Shown here piece by piece: positions 34,704 to 45,984 of a stretch of DNA of 64,000 bases; the stretch's first letter is position 1; every line of letters begins with the position of its first letter. The DNA comes from a virus. Location of the stretch: positions 1 through 64,000 of IMG/VR virus record IMGVR_UViG_3300035145_002419. One strand, written 5' to 3'. The notes under the pieces are model-generated. The model did not search any database. It saw only the letters and a program-made list of their open reading frames with translations, and was not told the origin of the DNA. The translations under genes and the position numbers were made by a program.

Positions 34704-37700
34704 ATGTCCCAAGAAACAAATCTCAACGTATCTCCATACTTTGATGACTATCATGAGCCTACAATTGGTGGTAAAGATAATGAATATTATAAAGTTCTTT
34801 TCAAGCCAGGATATCCTGTTCAAGCTAGAGAATTAACTACCTTACAGTCAATTCTTCAAAATCAAGTTGAACAGGTTGGAAATCACTTCTTCAAAGAAGG
34901 TGCGAAAGTAATTCCAGGATCACTGTCATATATTAATCCGTTTTATTATGTTCAAGTAGAAGAAAACTTTTTAGGGATACCCGTATCTCTTTATATCAAT
35001 GAATTGATCGGTAAAAAAGTTCGTGGAGAAAATTCTGGAGTAGTAGGTGTTGTTAAAAAAATATTATTAGAAACAGAATCTGACAATGGAAATCACACAA
35101 TTTATATTGATTTAATAGATTCAAATGTCAATTTAGCGAATTCATTATTTGATGATGGTGAAAATTTAGTATGTGAAGAAGCAATTCCTTTTGGTTCAAC
35201 TTTTATAGCAGCAAATGAAGGATTTGCAAGATGTATTGAAAGTGGTGCGTCTGGAGAAGGAAGTGCTTTTGGATTGGGAGAAGGTGTATATTTTCTTAGG
35301 GGATATTTTGTAGACGTAAATGAAGAAACTTTAATTTTAGATCAATATTCAAATAAACCAAGTTACAGAGTTGGTCTTGATGTAATTGAAGAAATCATAA
35401 CATCCGACATTGATCCAAATTTAAATGACAATGCAAACGGATTTAATAATTATGCTGCACCTGGGGCAGATAGATTAAAAATTACTGCTAGGTTAGCAAA
35501 AAAAGATTTAAATTCTTTTGATACATCGGGTTTTGTTGAATTAGCAAGAGTTGAAAACGGCGTATTAGTAAAAATAAATGAATCTACGGATTATAACATT
35601 CTTTCAGATGAACTTGCCAGGAGAACTTTTGATGAGTCCGGTAATTATTATGTTAAGGCATTTGATGTATATGCAAGAGAAAGTTTAGATAATGGTGAAG
35701 GTAATGATGGAATTTACTCAGAAAATCAATTAACTTCAAGTGGAAATACACCATCAGATGATTTGATGGTATACAAAGTTTCTCCAGGAAAAGCATATGT
35801 AAGAGGATATGAGATTGAAACCATCGCACCGTCCTTTATAGATGCACCAAAATCAAGAAGCACCAAAACGTTAAAAAATCAATCTATTGGATTTAATTTT
35901 GGATCAACATTAAATCTTAATAATGTTAGTGGTTCTCCTTCAATAGGAATCAATACTTCATCTGTAATCAGTCTTAGAAATGATAGGATTGGTATTGTTT
36001 CTACTTCACCACCAGGAAAAGAGATTGGAGTTGCTAGAGTATATGATTTCGCATTAGAAGCGGGTTCATATGAACTTGAGAATCAAGCATTAAATCGTTG
36101 GGATATTTCTTTATTTGATTTACAAACATATGCTGATCTAACAATCAACGAACCAATTACTCTTTCAGTACCTTCCAGGGTAAAGGGAAGTTCTAGTGGT
36201 GCTGTTGCTTTTGTTAAACATCCAGTATCTGCTGGTCTTGGTATAACTGTATATCAAATTAGTGGAACTTTTATCAATGGTGAAAGATTAATTTTTGATG
36301 GAACAAACGAAACAAGAATTGGAACCGCATATACCGCACATAGTCTATCTGATGTAAAATCTTTATTCAGTGTAGTTGGAACAGCAAATACATTTGCTGG
36401 AGATATTATTCAAAAAGAAGTTGCAGAACTTGGTGCAGTATCTATAACCGGTTCTTCTGCAGGAGTTTCTACTATCACTAGTGCCACACTTTCTTTCCCC
36501 GGAATTGTTACCACAGGAAATCTTTTACAATATAGTAGACCAAACTTTACTTCAAAATCTTTTGCTAAGGTTAATGAAGTATTTACTAATTCTGTTGTAA
36601 TATCCCCAGTAACTACTGTCACTGGAATATGTGATGGAACTCTTCCTGGTTCGGATATAGATGTAAGCGATTTAAAAATAGTATCGTCGAGATTTCAAAG
36701 TAATTCTAAAACTATTTTAGATTCTGCACTTTTCCAACCATTACCAAAGAGAAATGTAGAATCTGTAGATTTAACTGGAGCAAGTTTAATTATTAGAAAG
36801 CAATATGATGTAACCATTACTGATAACTCTACAAATACAATTTCATCTGGTAAAGATGAAGTTTTCCTTGAGTTTGATGAGGAAAGATATATCCTTACAA
36901 GATCTGATGGTAGTACTGAAGAACTTTCTCAAGATAAATTTTCATTAAATTCTGGCGGCAATGAACTTACAATCAATGGTTTGGGTTCAAATACAACTGG
37001 ACGTTTGATTGCAACTTTAAGGAAATCAAATGTAACTGAGAAAGTAAAAAGAAAAGAAAGAATTAATTCTTTAATTGTCAATAAATCTAAGTATGATTAT
37101 TCTGGAACAGGAACAACTACTATTAATGATGGACTAGAATATGGAAATTATCCTTTTGGAACTAGAGTTCAAGATGAAAGAATTTGTTTAAATGTTCCTG
37201 ATGTTCAAACAGTTTATGGTATTTTTGAGTCTGAGGATACTTCTGATCCATCTTTAACTTCATTGACCTTAGCGTCAATGGATGGTCCCACTGCAAAAAC
37301 AGATGATTTAGTTATTGGTGAAGTTTTTGTTGGTAAAAATTCTGGCGCAAAGTGCATATATGCAGAAAATATTGATAGTGCAAATATTACACTAATAAAA
37401 TTAAACTCTTTTGAATTAGAAAGAGGAGAACTTGTATCTTTTAAGGAATCTGGTGTAAATGCAATTGTATCAGCAATAACTGCTGGAAGCAAAGATATAT
37501 CAAAAGATTTTGTTCTGAACAGTGGTTCTAATCTCTCATACTATGATTATGGTAGTATTAGAAGATTGGAAGATAGAAAAGAACCTAAGGGTAAAATTAA
37601 AATTATTTACTCAAATGGGTACTACGATTCTTCGGATACTGGAGATTTTACTACTGCCAATTCATATGATGCCTTTGATTACACTAGAGAAATAATCACA

Positions 37701-40700
37701 ACACAGGGTCATAGAGCAACAGATATTATTGATGTTAGACCTAGAGTATCTGATTATGTGGTAGCAGAAGGATCAAGATCACCATTTGAATTTGATGGAA
37801 GATCCTTCATGGGCGGAAGACATAGTTCTCCCTTCGTTTTGGCATCAGATGAATCTGAAACTGTATCTTTTAGTTACTATCTTCCTAGAATTGATAGAGT
37901 TTATCTTACGAAGGATGGCGTTCTTCAAGTAAAATATGGTGCTCCTTCTGAGACTCCACGAATGCCCGAAGAAGTGGCTGGTGCTTTAAATATTGCAAAT
38001 ATTTCAGTTCCTGCATATGTTTACAATACTTCTCAAGTAAAAATTAGTTTTGTTGAGCATAGAAGATATCAAATGCTTGATATTTCTAAACTTGAAAGAA
38101 GGATCAAAAATCTTGAATATTACACTTCACTTTCTGCCATTGAAAACAGCACGTCTTCAATGACAATTTTAGATAGTGTTGGACAAAATAGATTTAAATC
38201 TGGATTCTTTATTGACAATTTTACTTCCGTAGGGTTACAAGATAACACTATAGGTATTAAAAATAGTTTTGATTTAAAGGCAGGTCAATTGAGACCATCT
38301 CATTATACTACTCCAATTTCTCTTGAATTGGGTTCATCTTCTATGTTAGGATTGACAGGAAGTTCTAATCAAACTCAGGATAAGAAATTCCTAGAAGATA
38401 TAGTTGGAACTGGTGTTAAGAAGACTGGCGATGTTGTTACTCTTGATTATGAAGATGTATCTTTCCTAGAACAACCATATGCGACCAGAGTAGAAAATGT
38501 TACTCCATTCTTAGTTCAGAATTGGAATGGAAAAATTAAGCTTCAACCAGATGTTGATGTATGGATTCAGGTCAATAAAATGGCCATTAAAGATTATCAA
38601 ATGGAGGGATCTTTCCGTGGTGTTGCAGAAGCAATGCGTGCAAACATAACAGAAAGTGCAGATGGTAGTAGATCAGGTGTAAGTCCAACTATCTGGCAAT
38701 CATGGGAAACTACTAATATTACCCAAGACCTTAGTATGGAACTTGGTGTTGCATTGGATAGTAGTTCTGAATCATCCGACCCAACTGTAGTTGAAGGAAC
38801 ACCTGAAAGGGTATTGGGTGAATTTGTATCAGGACGAGGGATTCCATTCCAAGATTTCGCGGTTCAGGAATCATCATCAACAATAACTACTAAAAATGAA
38901 GTTACAGTTGACGGTAGTGTAACTTTAAATACTACCTTAGAACAACGAAGAAGAGGTGAGATAAGACACATAACAGAGAATATTGACACACAAACTCTGG
39001 GTGATCGGATCATAAGTAGAGATTTGATTCACTTCATGCGTCCTAGAAACATTGAGTTTTCTTCATCTAAGATGAAACCAAATACCCAAGTTTATGCTTT
39101 CTTTGATGATATTGATGTCAATAAATATTGTACTCCGAAGTTAATTGAAATTAGCATGACTTCTGGAACATTCCAAGTTGGTGAAACTGTTGAAGCGGAA
39201 GATGATACTTTTGCTGCTAGAGTTGCTAATTCAAATCACAAATATGGACCATATAACAATCCTGATGTAGTATATGTAAATAGTCCTTATGATAGAATTA
39301 GTGTAATTCCAGCTACATATTCTTCTACAAGTACAATTTTAAATATTGATACTTTTAGTCTTCAAGATGAAAACACGCCTAATTTTGAAGGTCACGTAAA
39401 AGTTGGTATGAAAATTCGTGGATCAAGTAGTGGTGCCCAAGCTACTGTAACAAATGTAAGACTTGTAACTGATTATCAAGGTGTTCTTATCGGATGTTTT
39501 GAAGTTCCTGATAGTAGTATATCAGGAAATCCCTCATGGGAAACTGGTAAATCTATATTCAGACTTACTAATAGTTCTATTAATTCTAAGCTTTCTGGAG
39601 TCATCACTACTTCGGCAGAACAAATTTTCTATTCTCAAGGTGATATTGATAATACACAAGAGGCAACTCTTTCTTTAAGAAATGCAAGTGTAAGGTTTGA
39701 AGAAAGAAAGGACGAGGTTAGAAGCTTTAATTTGAGCGATACTGCTACTGCTACTGCTACTGATACTAGCACAACTGAAACAACGGTAGTAAGTAGAATT
39801 AGGGACAACAATAGAATTCTTGATGAGGGTTTTGTTGATCCACTTGCACAATCATTTATAGTGCGAGCTGTTGATTCTAGTATATTTGCAACTAAAGTTG
39901 ATTTATTCTTTAGAACTAAAGATTCAACACTTCCAGTTCAATTTTATATCTCAGAAGTGAATTTTGGAACACCGACTACAACAATAGTTCCATTTTCAAA
40001 TATCTTCGTTTATCCTGATGATGTAAATATTTCTGAAGATGCTTCAGTCGCAACAACTATTACATTTGAATCACCTGTATATCTTGAGTCTGGTAAACAA
40101 TACGCATTAGTCTTACTTTCTGATTCTACAGAATATACAGTATGGATTTCAAGACTTGGAGAATTTGATGTTAAAACCGTTACCAATGAAAGCACTCAAG
40201 TTTTAGTATCACAACAACCAACACTCGGATCACTATTTAAATCACAAAACGCTTCTACTTGGACTCCAAGTCAATATGAAGATCTTAAGTTCAATCTTTA
40301 TAGAGCAAAATTTGTTTCTTCAGGATCTGCAAGTTTCTTTAATGCACCTCTTCCAGAAAAACTAAAACTTCTTAAGAGTGATCCACTTGATATTAATTCA
40401 AGAACTGTTAAAATCGGTATTGGAACCATACTTCAAGACCCAGATCTAACAAATGGTAATGTAATTACTCAGCTTAGTTCCGGCGCTACTGGAAATTTAG
40501 TTGGGAGTGCGGGAACTTGTACCGGTGACTTAAAAATTATCAATGCTGGAATAGGATATACCCCATCTTTAGGCAATTTTACATTTAATAATGTAAATCT
40601 GAGTAATATAGAGGGAGAGGGTAGAAACGCTACTGCAAACATTACTGTAAGCAATGGTGTTGCTATTGCTGCTACAGTTTCAAATGGTGGAACTGGATAT

Positions 40701-42296
40701 TCTGTGGGTGACTTATTAACATCTTCATCTGTAGGAATTGCATCACTTGGAAGAAATTTACGGTTGAGTGTATCACAACTTTCTGGTATAAATGAACTTA
40801 CACTTAATCAAGTTCAAGGTGACTTTGTTGTTGGTTCGGGAAATACACTTACTTATGTTAATGGTTCTGGAATTTCAACCACCATGAATAGTGCTTATTC
40901 TGGAAATGTAACAGTTACGCAACCAGTTCAAGTTGTAAATGATGGTTTACATATCAACGTATTCCAAAGAAATCATGGAATGCATTCGGATGTAAACAAA
41001 GTTATAATTTCTGGAGCAAAATCAAGCATAAAACCATCCTTGTTAACGGATGATTATGATTCATCTTCTACTTCAGATATCTTGATATCTAATGGAACTG
41101 AATTTGAAAATTTTGAAGGCGTAAGTGTTGGAAGCACTAATCCAGGTTATGCTATGATTTCTAATGAAATTATTAAGTATACGGGCGTTTCTGGAAATAC
41201 TCTTACAGGAATAACTAGAGAAATTTCCGGAACTAAGGCATTCTCGTATTCAGTTGATGATGAAATTTACAAATATGAACTTAATGGTGTTTCTTTGATT
41301 AGAATCAACAAGACACATTCTTTAAGCGATTCCGAAGTTTCTGATTCTATTGGATTGGATCATTACAATATAAAAATTGATACTTCTTCAACTACACCAA
41401 ATACTACCGACCGTTCAACAGGAACGGGTATGCCTAAATTATTCTTTGCTGCAGATAATAAATTTGGTGGAAATAAGGTTAAATCAACCTATAACGTTCC
41501 CTTTGATGCAGTTACACCAAATATAGGTGTAGTAACACCGAAATTGACTGGAATCAATGCATCACTTAGAACTGTAAGTGGTAGAAGTATAGATGGTAAT
41601 GAGACACCTTATGAAGATCAAGGATTTGAGCAAATATCTTTAGTTACTACAAACTACTTTGATTCATCAAGAGTGGTTGCTTCTGAAGTAAATGAAAATG
41701 AAAGACTTACTGCACTTCCTGCCAATAAGTCATTCAGTATGGATATCAACATGATATCAGAAAACGATAGATTATCACCTTGTATTGATCTTGCTAAGAC
41801 AAGTATGACTCTCACATCCAATAGAATAAATCAACCTGTAATTGACTATACTGCAGATGATAGAGTCAAATCTTATAAAAATGATCCAAATGCATTTATA
41901 TATGTTTCATCTCCGATTGTGATAGAAAATCCTGCCACTGCAATTAAGTTGTTGATTTCGGGTTCTTTACATAATTCTGCTGATATCAGAGCATTCTATT
42001 CGTTACAAAATAATGTTGAAGAAGATCCCATCTTTACACCGTTCCCTGGTTTTGCAAATTTAGATTCTTCAGGACAAAAAATTGATACATCTGCTAGCAC
42101 AGGATCACCTGATAACGTTCCAGTAAAAAATGATTCTTTCTCTATTAGGAAAAATTATAATAGCTTTAGAGATTATAGTTTTACCGATGATAACTTACCT
42201 GAATTTAAAATATTCCGAGTGAAACTTGTATTTACTTCAACTAATCAGGCATTCCCACCAATACTTAAAGATCTGAGAGCAATTGCTTTAGCATAA
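34704..42296 (+). CDS. large virion structural protein (2530 aa, VrlC/DUF4815-like)
   Basis: NLNVSPYFDD, VLFKPGYPVQARELTTLQSILQNQ, APGADRLK, DPLAQSF. Confidence 0.75.
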   Translation: MSQETNLNVSPYFDDYHEPTIGGKDNEYYKVLFKPGYPVQARELTTLQSILQNQVEQVGNHFFKEGAKVIPGSLSYINPFYYVQVEENFLGIPVSLYINELIGKKVRGENSGVVGVVKKILLETESDNGNHTIYIDLIDSNVNLANSLFDDGENLVCEEAIPFGSTFIAANEGFARCIESGASGEGSAFGLGEGVYFLRGYFVDVNEETLILDQYSNKPSYRVGLDVIEEIITSDIDPNLNDNANGFNNYAAPGADRLKITARLAKKDLNSFDTSGFVELARVENGVLVKINESTDYNILSDELARRTFDESGNYYVKAFDVYARESLDNGEGNDGIYSENQLTSSGNTPSDDLMVYKVSPGKAYVRGYEIETIAPSFIDAPKSRSTKTLKNQSIGFNFGSTLNLNNVSGSPSIGINTSSVISLRNDRIGIVSTSPPGKEIGVARVYDFALEAGSYELENQALNRWDISLFDLQTYADLTINEPITLSVPSRVKGSSSGAVAFVKHPVSAGLGITVYQISGTFINGERLIFDGTNETRIGTAYTAHSLSDVKSLFSVVGTANTFAGDIIQKEVAELGAVSITGSSAGVSTITSATLSFPGIVTTGNLLQYSRPNFTSKSFAKVNEVFTNSVVISPVTTVTGICDGTLPGSDIDVSDLKIVSSRFQSNSKTILDSALFQPLPKRNVESVDLTGASLIIRKQYDVTITDNSTNTISSGKDEVFLEFDEERYILTRSDGSTEELSQDKFSLNSGGNELTINGLGSNTTGRLIATLRKSNVTEKVKRKERINSLIVNKSKYDYSGTGTTTINDGLEYGNYPFGTRVQDERICLNVPDVQTVYGIFESEDTSDPSLTSLTLASMDGPTAKTDDLVIGEVFVGKNSGAKCIYAENIDSANITLIKLNSFELERGELVSFKESGVNAIVSAITAGSKDISKDFVLNSGSNLSYYDYGSIRRLEDRKEPKGKIKIIYSNGYYDSSDTGDFTTANSYDAFDYTREIITTQGHRATDIIDVRPRVSDYVVAEGSRSPFEFDGRSFMGGRHSSPFVLASDESETVSFSYYLPRIDRVYLTKDGVLQVKYGAPSETPRMPEEVAGALNIANISVPAYVYNTSQVKISFVEHRRYQMLDISKLERRIKNLEYYTSLSAIENSTSSMTILDSVGQNRFKSGFFIDNFTSVGLQDNTIGIKNSFDLKAGQLRPSHYTTPISLELGSSSMLGLTGSSNQTQDKKFLEDIVGTGVKKTGDVVTLDYEDVSFLEQPYATRVENVTPFLVQNWNGKIKLQPDVDVWIQVNKMAIKDYQMEGSFRGVAEAMRANITESADGSRSGVSPTIWQSWETTNITQDLSMELGVALDSSSESSDPTVVEGTPERVLGEFVSGRGIPFQDFAVQESSSTITTKNEVTVDGSVTLNTTLEQRRRGEIRHITENIDTQTLGDRIISRDLIHFMRPRNIEFSSSKMKPNTQVYAFFDDIDVNKYCTPKLIEISMTSGTFQVGETVEAEDDTFAARVANSNHKYGPYNNPDVVYVNSPYDRISVIPATYSSTSTILNIDTFSLQDENTPNFEGHVKVGMKIRGSSSGAQATVTNVRLVTDYQGVLIGCFEVPDSSISGNPSWETGKSIFRLTNSSINSKLSGVITTSAEQIFYSQGDIDNTQEATLSLRNASVRFEERKDEVRSFNLSDTATATATDTSTTETTVVSRIRDNNRILDEGFVDPLAQSFIVRAVDSSIFATKVDLFFRTKDSTLPVQFYISEVNFGTPTTTIVPFSNIFVYPDDVNISEDASVATTITFESPVYLESGKQYALVLLSDSTEYTVWISRLGEFDVKTVTNESTQVLVSQQPTLGSLFKSQNASTWTPSQYEDLKFNLYRAKFVSSGSASFFNAPLPEKLKLLKSDPLDINSRTVKIGIGTILQDPDLTNGNVITQLSSGATGNLVGSAGTCTGDLKIINAGIGYTPSLGNFTFNNVNLSNIEGEGRNATANITVSNGVAIAATVSNGGTGYSVGDLLTSSSVGIASLGRNLRLSVSQLSGINELTLNQVQGDFVVGSGNTLTYVNGSGISTTMNSAYSGNVTVTQPVQVVNDGLHINVFQRNHGMHSDVNKVIISGAKSSIKPSLLTDDYDSSSTSDILISNGTEFENFEGVSVGSTNPGYAMISNEIIKYTGVSGNTLTGITREISGTKAFSYSVDDEIYKYELNGVSLIRINKTHSLSDSEVSDSIGLDHYNIKIDTSSTTPNTTDRSTGTGMPKLFFAADNKFGGNKVKSTYNVPFDAVTPNIGVVTPKLTGINASLRTVSGRSIDGNETPYEDQGFEQISLVTTNYFDSSRVVASEVNENERLTALPANKSFSMDINMISENDRLSPCIDLAKTSMTLTSNRINQPVIDYTADDRVKSYKNDPNAFIYVSSPIVIENPATAIKLLISGSLHNSADIRAFYSLQNNVEEDPIFTPFPGFANLDSSGQKIDTSASTGSPDNVPVKNDSFSIRKNYNSFRDYSFTDDNLPEFKIFRVKLVFTSTNQAFPPILKDLRAIALA

Positions 42297-42297
42297 T

Positions 42298-42522
42298 ATG
42301 AATTTAATTCCAGTAGAAGGCGAAAAGGATCTCTTTAGAGATCCTAGAACAAATGCTATTATTAATACAAATCAATCTGATTATTTGACTTATATTAATA
42401 GTAGAAAAATAAGACAAAATGAAAAAAATAAAATTGACATTTTAGAAAAAGATGTCAATTCTATCAAAAACGATTTGAACGAAATTAAATCACTTCTTAG
42501 GAGTATTGCAAATGAACCCTGA
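42298..42522 (+). CDS. small coiled-coil hypothetical protein
   Basis: 74 aa; LFRDPRTNAIIN and heptad C-terminus. Confidence 0.75.
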   Translation: MNLIPVEGEKDLFRDPRTNAIINTNQSDYLTYINSRKIRQNEKNKIDILEKDVNSIKNDLNEIKSLLRSIANEP

Positions 42523-42679
42523 TGACATCAAATTAGATAGTTTAACGAAAAATTTTGAATATACAAAACATTCAAGAGAACTTGATGCTCTTACTGACAT
42601 TGAACAAATAAGGCATGTTGCAAAATGTTATGCAAAACTTTATTTGAAGCAACAAGAAGTTTTATCTAAAATAGCATAA
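42512..42679 (+). CDS. small helical protein, possibly NblA-like (55 aa)
   Basis: AGGAG SD; MNPDDIKLDSLTKNFEYTKHSRELDALTDIEQIRHVAKCYAKLYLKQQEVLSKIA. Confidence 0.6.
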   Translation: MNPDDIKLDSLTKNFEYTKHSRELDALTDIEQIRHVAKCYAKLYLKQQEVLSKIA

Positions 42680-42703
42680 ATATCTTTATAAGGTATAAGA
42701 TAA

Positions 42704-43552
42704 ATGGCGCAACCATCTTCTAGACAAGAATTAATTAACTACTGTAAAAGAAAACTGGGTGCGCCAGTTTTGGAAATCAATGTTGCCGATGAGCAAATTG
42801 ATGATCTTGTGGATGATGCACTTCAATTTTTTCAAGAAAGACACTTTGATGGTGTCTCACAAATGTTCTTAAAATATCAAGTTACACAAGAAGATATTGA
42901 TAGAGGTAGAGCAAAACCAGGAACTGATAATACCGCTGGAATAACAACTACAACTGCGACAACATCTATTAATGGTGCCTCCACAACATTTTCATATCTA
43001 GAGAATAGCAATTTTTTGCAGGTTCCGCCGTCTGTTATTGGTGTAACTAAGATATTTCATTTTGATGGTACTAACACAATCACAAACAACATGTTTAGTG
43101 TTAAGTATCAAATGTTTCTTAATGATGTTTATTATTGGGGATCTACAGAAATTCTTACCTATGCGATGGTGAAAACATATCTTGAAGATATGGATTTTCT
43201 TTTAACAACTCAAAAACAAATCAGGTTCAATCAAAGACAAGATAGATTGTATCTTGATATTGATTGGGGTTCTTTAAGTGTTGGAGATTTTATAATAATT
43301 GATTGCTTTAGAATCTTAGATCCTAATGATTATTCGCGTGTATGGAATGATTCATTCTTAAAAATATACTTAACATCTTTAATTAAAAGGCAGTGGGGAC
43401 AAAACTTAATCAAGTTCCAAGGTGTCAAACTTCCTGGAGGAGTGGAACTTAATGGTAGACAAATATATGATGATGCACAAAAAGAAATTGACGATCTAAT
43501 GGAAAAAATGTCAAATACATATGAACTTCCCCCATTAGATATGATAGGTTGA
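42704..43552 (+). CDS. gp13: neck protein gp13
   Basis: YCKRKLGAPVLEINV, KRQWGQNLIKFQGVKLPGGVELNG. Confidence 0.93.
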   Translation: MAQPSSRQELINYCKRKLGAPVLEINVADEQIDDLVDDALQFFQERHFDGVSQMFLKYQVTQEDIDRGRAKPGTDNTAGITTTTATTSINGASTTFSYLENSNFLQVPPSVIGVTKIFHFDGTNTITNNMFSVKYQMFLNDVYYWGSTEILTYAMVKTYLEDMDFLLTTQKQIRFNQRQDRLYLDIDWGSLSVGDFIIIDCFRILDPNDYSRVWNDSFLKIYLTSLIKRQWGQNLIKFQGVKLPGGVELNGRQIYDDAQKEIDDLMEKMSNTYELPPLDMIG

Positions 43553-43556
43553 TATC

Positions 43557-44945
43557 ATGCTTAATCCATTTTTTCAACAAGGTTCTCAAGGCGAACAAAA
43601 TCTTGTTCAGGATTTAATTAATGAACAACTAAAAATATATGGTGTAGAAGTATATTATTTGCCTCGTCAGTATGCTACTACAAATACAATTATAAGAGAA
43701 GTTGTTGAATCTAAATTTGAAAATGCATATCCCATAGAAGCGTATGTAGATACTTACGATGGATATAATGGTCTTGGCACCTTGATGTCAAAGTTTGGTA
43801 TTCAAGAGATGGATGACCTAACTTTAACCATATCTAAAGAAAGATTTGAAGAATATATTACACCATTATCTAAAGAAATTGATGATGTTAAATTAGCAAC
43901 TAGACCTAAGGAAGGTGATTTAATTTATTTTCCTTTAGGTGATAGATTATTTGAGATCAAATATGTTGAGCATGAAAAACCATTCTATCAACTACAAAAA
44001 AATTATGTTTATCAATTAACGTGTGAACTCTTCAGATATGAAGATGAAGTAATCACTACAGATATTGCAGAGATAGACGATAACATAGTTGATCAGGGAT
44101 ATAATATTACCCTTTCAATGGTTGGAACTGCAGCAACAGCAACTGCAATTACTGGAATTGTTAACGGTGGTATAAGATTTGTTCAACTAACCAATAGGGG
44201 AAATAATTTTACATCAATACCAACAGTTGCTTTCTCTGCAGCACCATCTGGAGGAACAACTGCAGTTGGTGTAGCAACAATGATTGATGGACTCATAGAT
44301 TGTAATGGTTTTGTTGATGGAACAAAGGTCCAGGGCGTTGAATTCCGCAATACTGGTATTGGATACACTGTTGCCCCAGGAATCGCCTTTGTAGGCGGCG
44401 GTGGCGCTGGTGTGGCAGCGACAACATCTATTGGTGATGGCGTTGTTGGCGTTGTTTCTGTAACATCTGGTGGTGGTGGATATGATGCAGATCCTCTTGT
44501 AACATTCAGTTCTCCAACAGGTTCAGGAACTACTGTTGTTGCAACTGGACGTGCAGTTATTAATTCTGTTGGTATTGTCACTGAAGTTAGGGTTACAAAT
44601 GCCGGATTAGGGTACACGTCTGCACCAACTATTACAATAGCAGATCCAGTATTTGGAAGCACAGGTTCATATCAATACAATGAAGTGGTGACTGGAGCAA
44701 GTAGTAGCACCACAGCGTATGTCAATTCTTGGGATGCTACAACTAATGTCTTAGAACTTAAGGTAGTATCTGGCACATTCTTGGCAGGAGAAATGTTACT
44801 TGGATCTACAAGTGGAGCAAATAGGGCAATAAGAACTGTAAATACAGATGATGTTATTGATCCATATGCGGACAATGATACCATAGAACTGGAAGCAGAT
44901 TCTATCTTAGACTTCAGTGAGTCCAATCCATTTGGCAATCCATAA
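43557..44945 (+). CDS. gp14: neck protein gp14
   Basis: EQNLVQDLINEQLKIYG, RPKEGDLIYFP, LDFSESNPFG. Confidence 0.92.
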   Translation: MLNPFFQQGSQGEQNLVQDLINEQLKIYGVEVYYLPRQYATTNTIIREVVESKFENAYPIEAYVDTYDGYNGLGTLMSKFGIQEMDDLTLTISKERFEEYITPLSKEIDDVKLATRPKEGDLIYFPLGDRLFEIKYVEHEKPFYQLQKNYVYQLTCELFRYEDEVITTDIAEIDDNIVDQGYNITLSMVGTAATATAITGIVNGGIRFVQLTNRGNNFTSIPTVAFSAAPSGGTTAVGVATMIDGLIDCNGFVDGTKVQGVEFRNTGIGYTVAPGIAFVGGGGAGVAATTSIGDGVVGVVSVTSGGGGYDADPLVTFSSPTGSGTTVVATGRAVINSVGIVTEVRVTNAGLGYTSAPTITIADPVFGSTGSYQYNEVVTGASSSTTAYVNSWDATTNVLELKVVSGTFLAGEMLLGSTSGANRAIRTVNTDDVIDPYADNDTIELEADSILDFSESNPFGNP

Positions 44946-44988
44946 ATAATAATACATTTTGTTAAATAGAGTACAATAAACTTTCACC

Positions 44989-45984
44989 ATGTTTGAATAC
45001 TTTTACCACGAAATATTAAGAAAGACTTTAATATCTTTCGGAACACTGTTCAACGGAATTGTTATAAAGCACTCTGATGACAATGATAGCACTGTCAGTG
45101 AGGTAAAAGTTCCATTGGCATATGGTCCAATGCAAAAGTTCTTGGCAAGACTTGAGCAATCTGCGGATCTCAATAAACCAACGCAGATGAGTCTTCCTAG
45201 AATGTCATTTGAGTTTACTGGATTAAATTATGACCCAACAAGAAAAGTCACAACCACACAATCTTTTCTTTTAGGAAGTGGTGGAGAAGAGAAGAAAGCA
45301 TACATGCCGGTTCCATATAACATGCAGTTTGAACTGAATGTTATGACCAAGTTGAATGATGACATGCTCCAAATTGTTGAGCAAATCTTACCATATTTTC
45401 AACCATCATATAATCTAACAGTAAATCTTTTATCAGAAATTTCTGAAAAGAAGGATATACCTGTGATCCTTGATAGCATCACGATGAATGATGATTATGA
45501 AGGAGATTTTACTACTAGAAGAGCATTAATCTATACACTTAGATTTACTGCAAAAACTTATCTTTATGGTCCAGTTGCTTCTGCTGGTACTGACATTATT
45601 AGAAAAGTTTCTGTTGGTTATGTTGCTGGAGCAAGAGATGGTAGAAATGTTGAAAGAGATGTTACTTATTCGGTTGAACCAAGAGCGATTAAAAATTATG
45701 ATGGTGTAGTTGTCACAACATTATCAGAAGACATTAGTGAGTCTGTAACATCAATAAATGTAGCAGAAGTTGCTTCTATCACTAAAGGTGGCAATATTAT
45801 TATAAATGGCGAATCACTATATGTTAGTAAGATAACTGGCAACAAACTAACAGTCAGGCGTGGTCAGGACGGAACAACACCGGTATCGCATGTTGCTGGT
45901 TCTGAGATTGGTACAATTACGGCGGCAGATAATATACTCATTCCAACTGGCGATGACTTTGGTTTTGATGGCGGATTCTCATGA
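44989..45984 (+). CDS. gp15: tail sheath stabiliser / terminator gp15
   Basis: YFYHEILRK...FGTLFN, VPLAYGP, QIVEQILPYFQP. Confidence 0.93.
   Translation: MFEYFYHEILRKTLISFGTLFNGIVIKHSDDNDSTVSEVKVPLAYGPMQKFLARLEQSADLNKPTQMSLPRMSFEFTGLNYDPTRKVTTTQSFLLGSGGEEKKAYMPVPYNMQFELNVMTKLNDDMLQIVEQILPYFQPSYNLTVNLLSEISEKKDIPVILDSITMNDDYEGDFTTRRALIYTLRFTAKTYLYGPVASAGTDIIRKVSVGYVAGARDGRNVERDVTYSVEPRAIKNYDGVVVTTLSEDISESVTSINVAEVASITKGGNIIINGESLYVSKITGNKLTVRRGQDGTTPVSHVAGSEIGTITAADNILIPTGDDFGFDGGFS

Noticed and set aside
39741-39761. ACTGCT microsatellite, and the Ser/Thr tail of gp6 (16160-16276)
   Set aside because: In-frame low-complexity coding sequence; no sign of phase variation.
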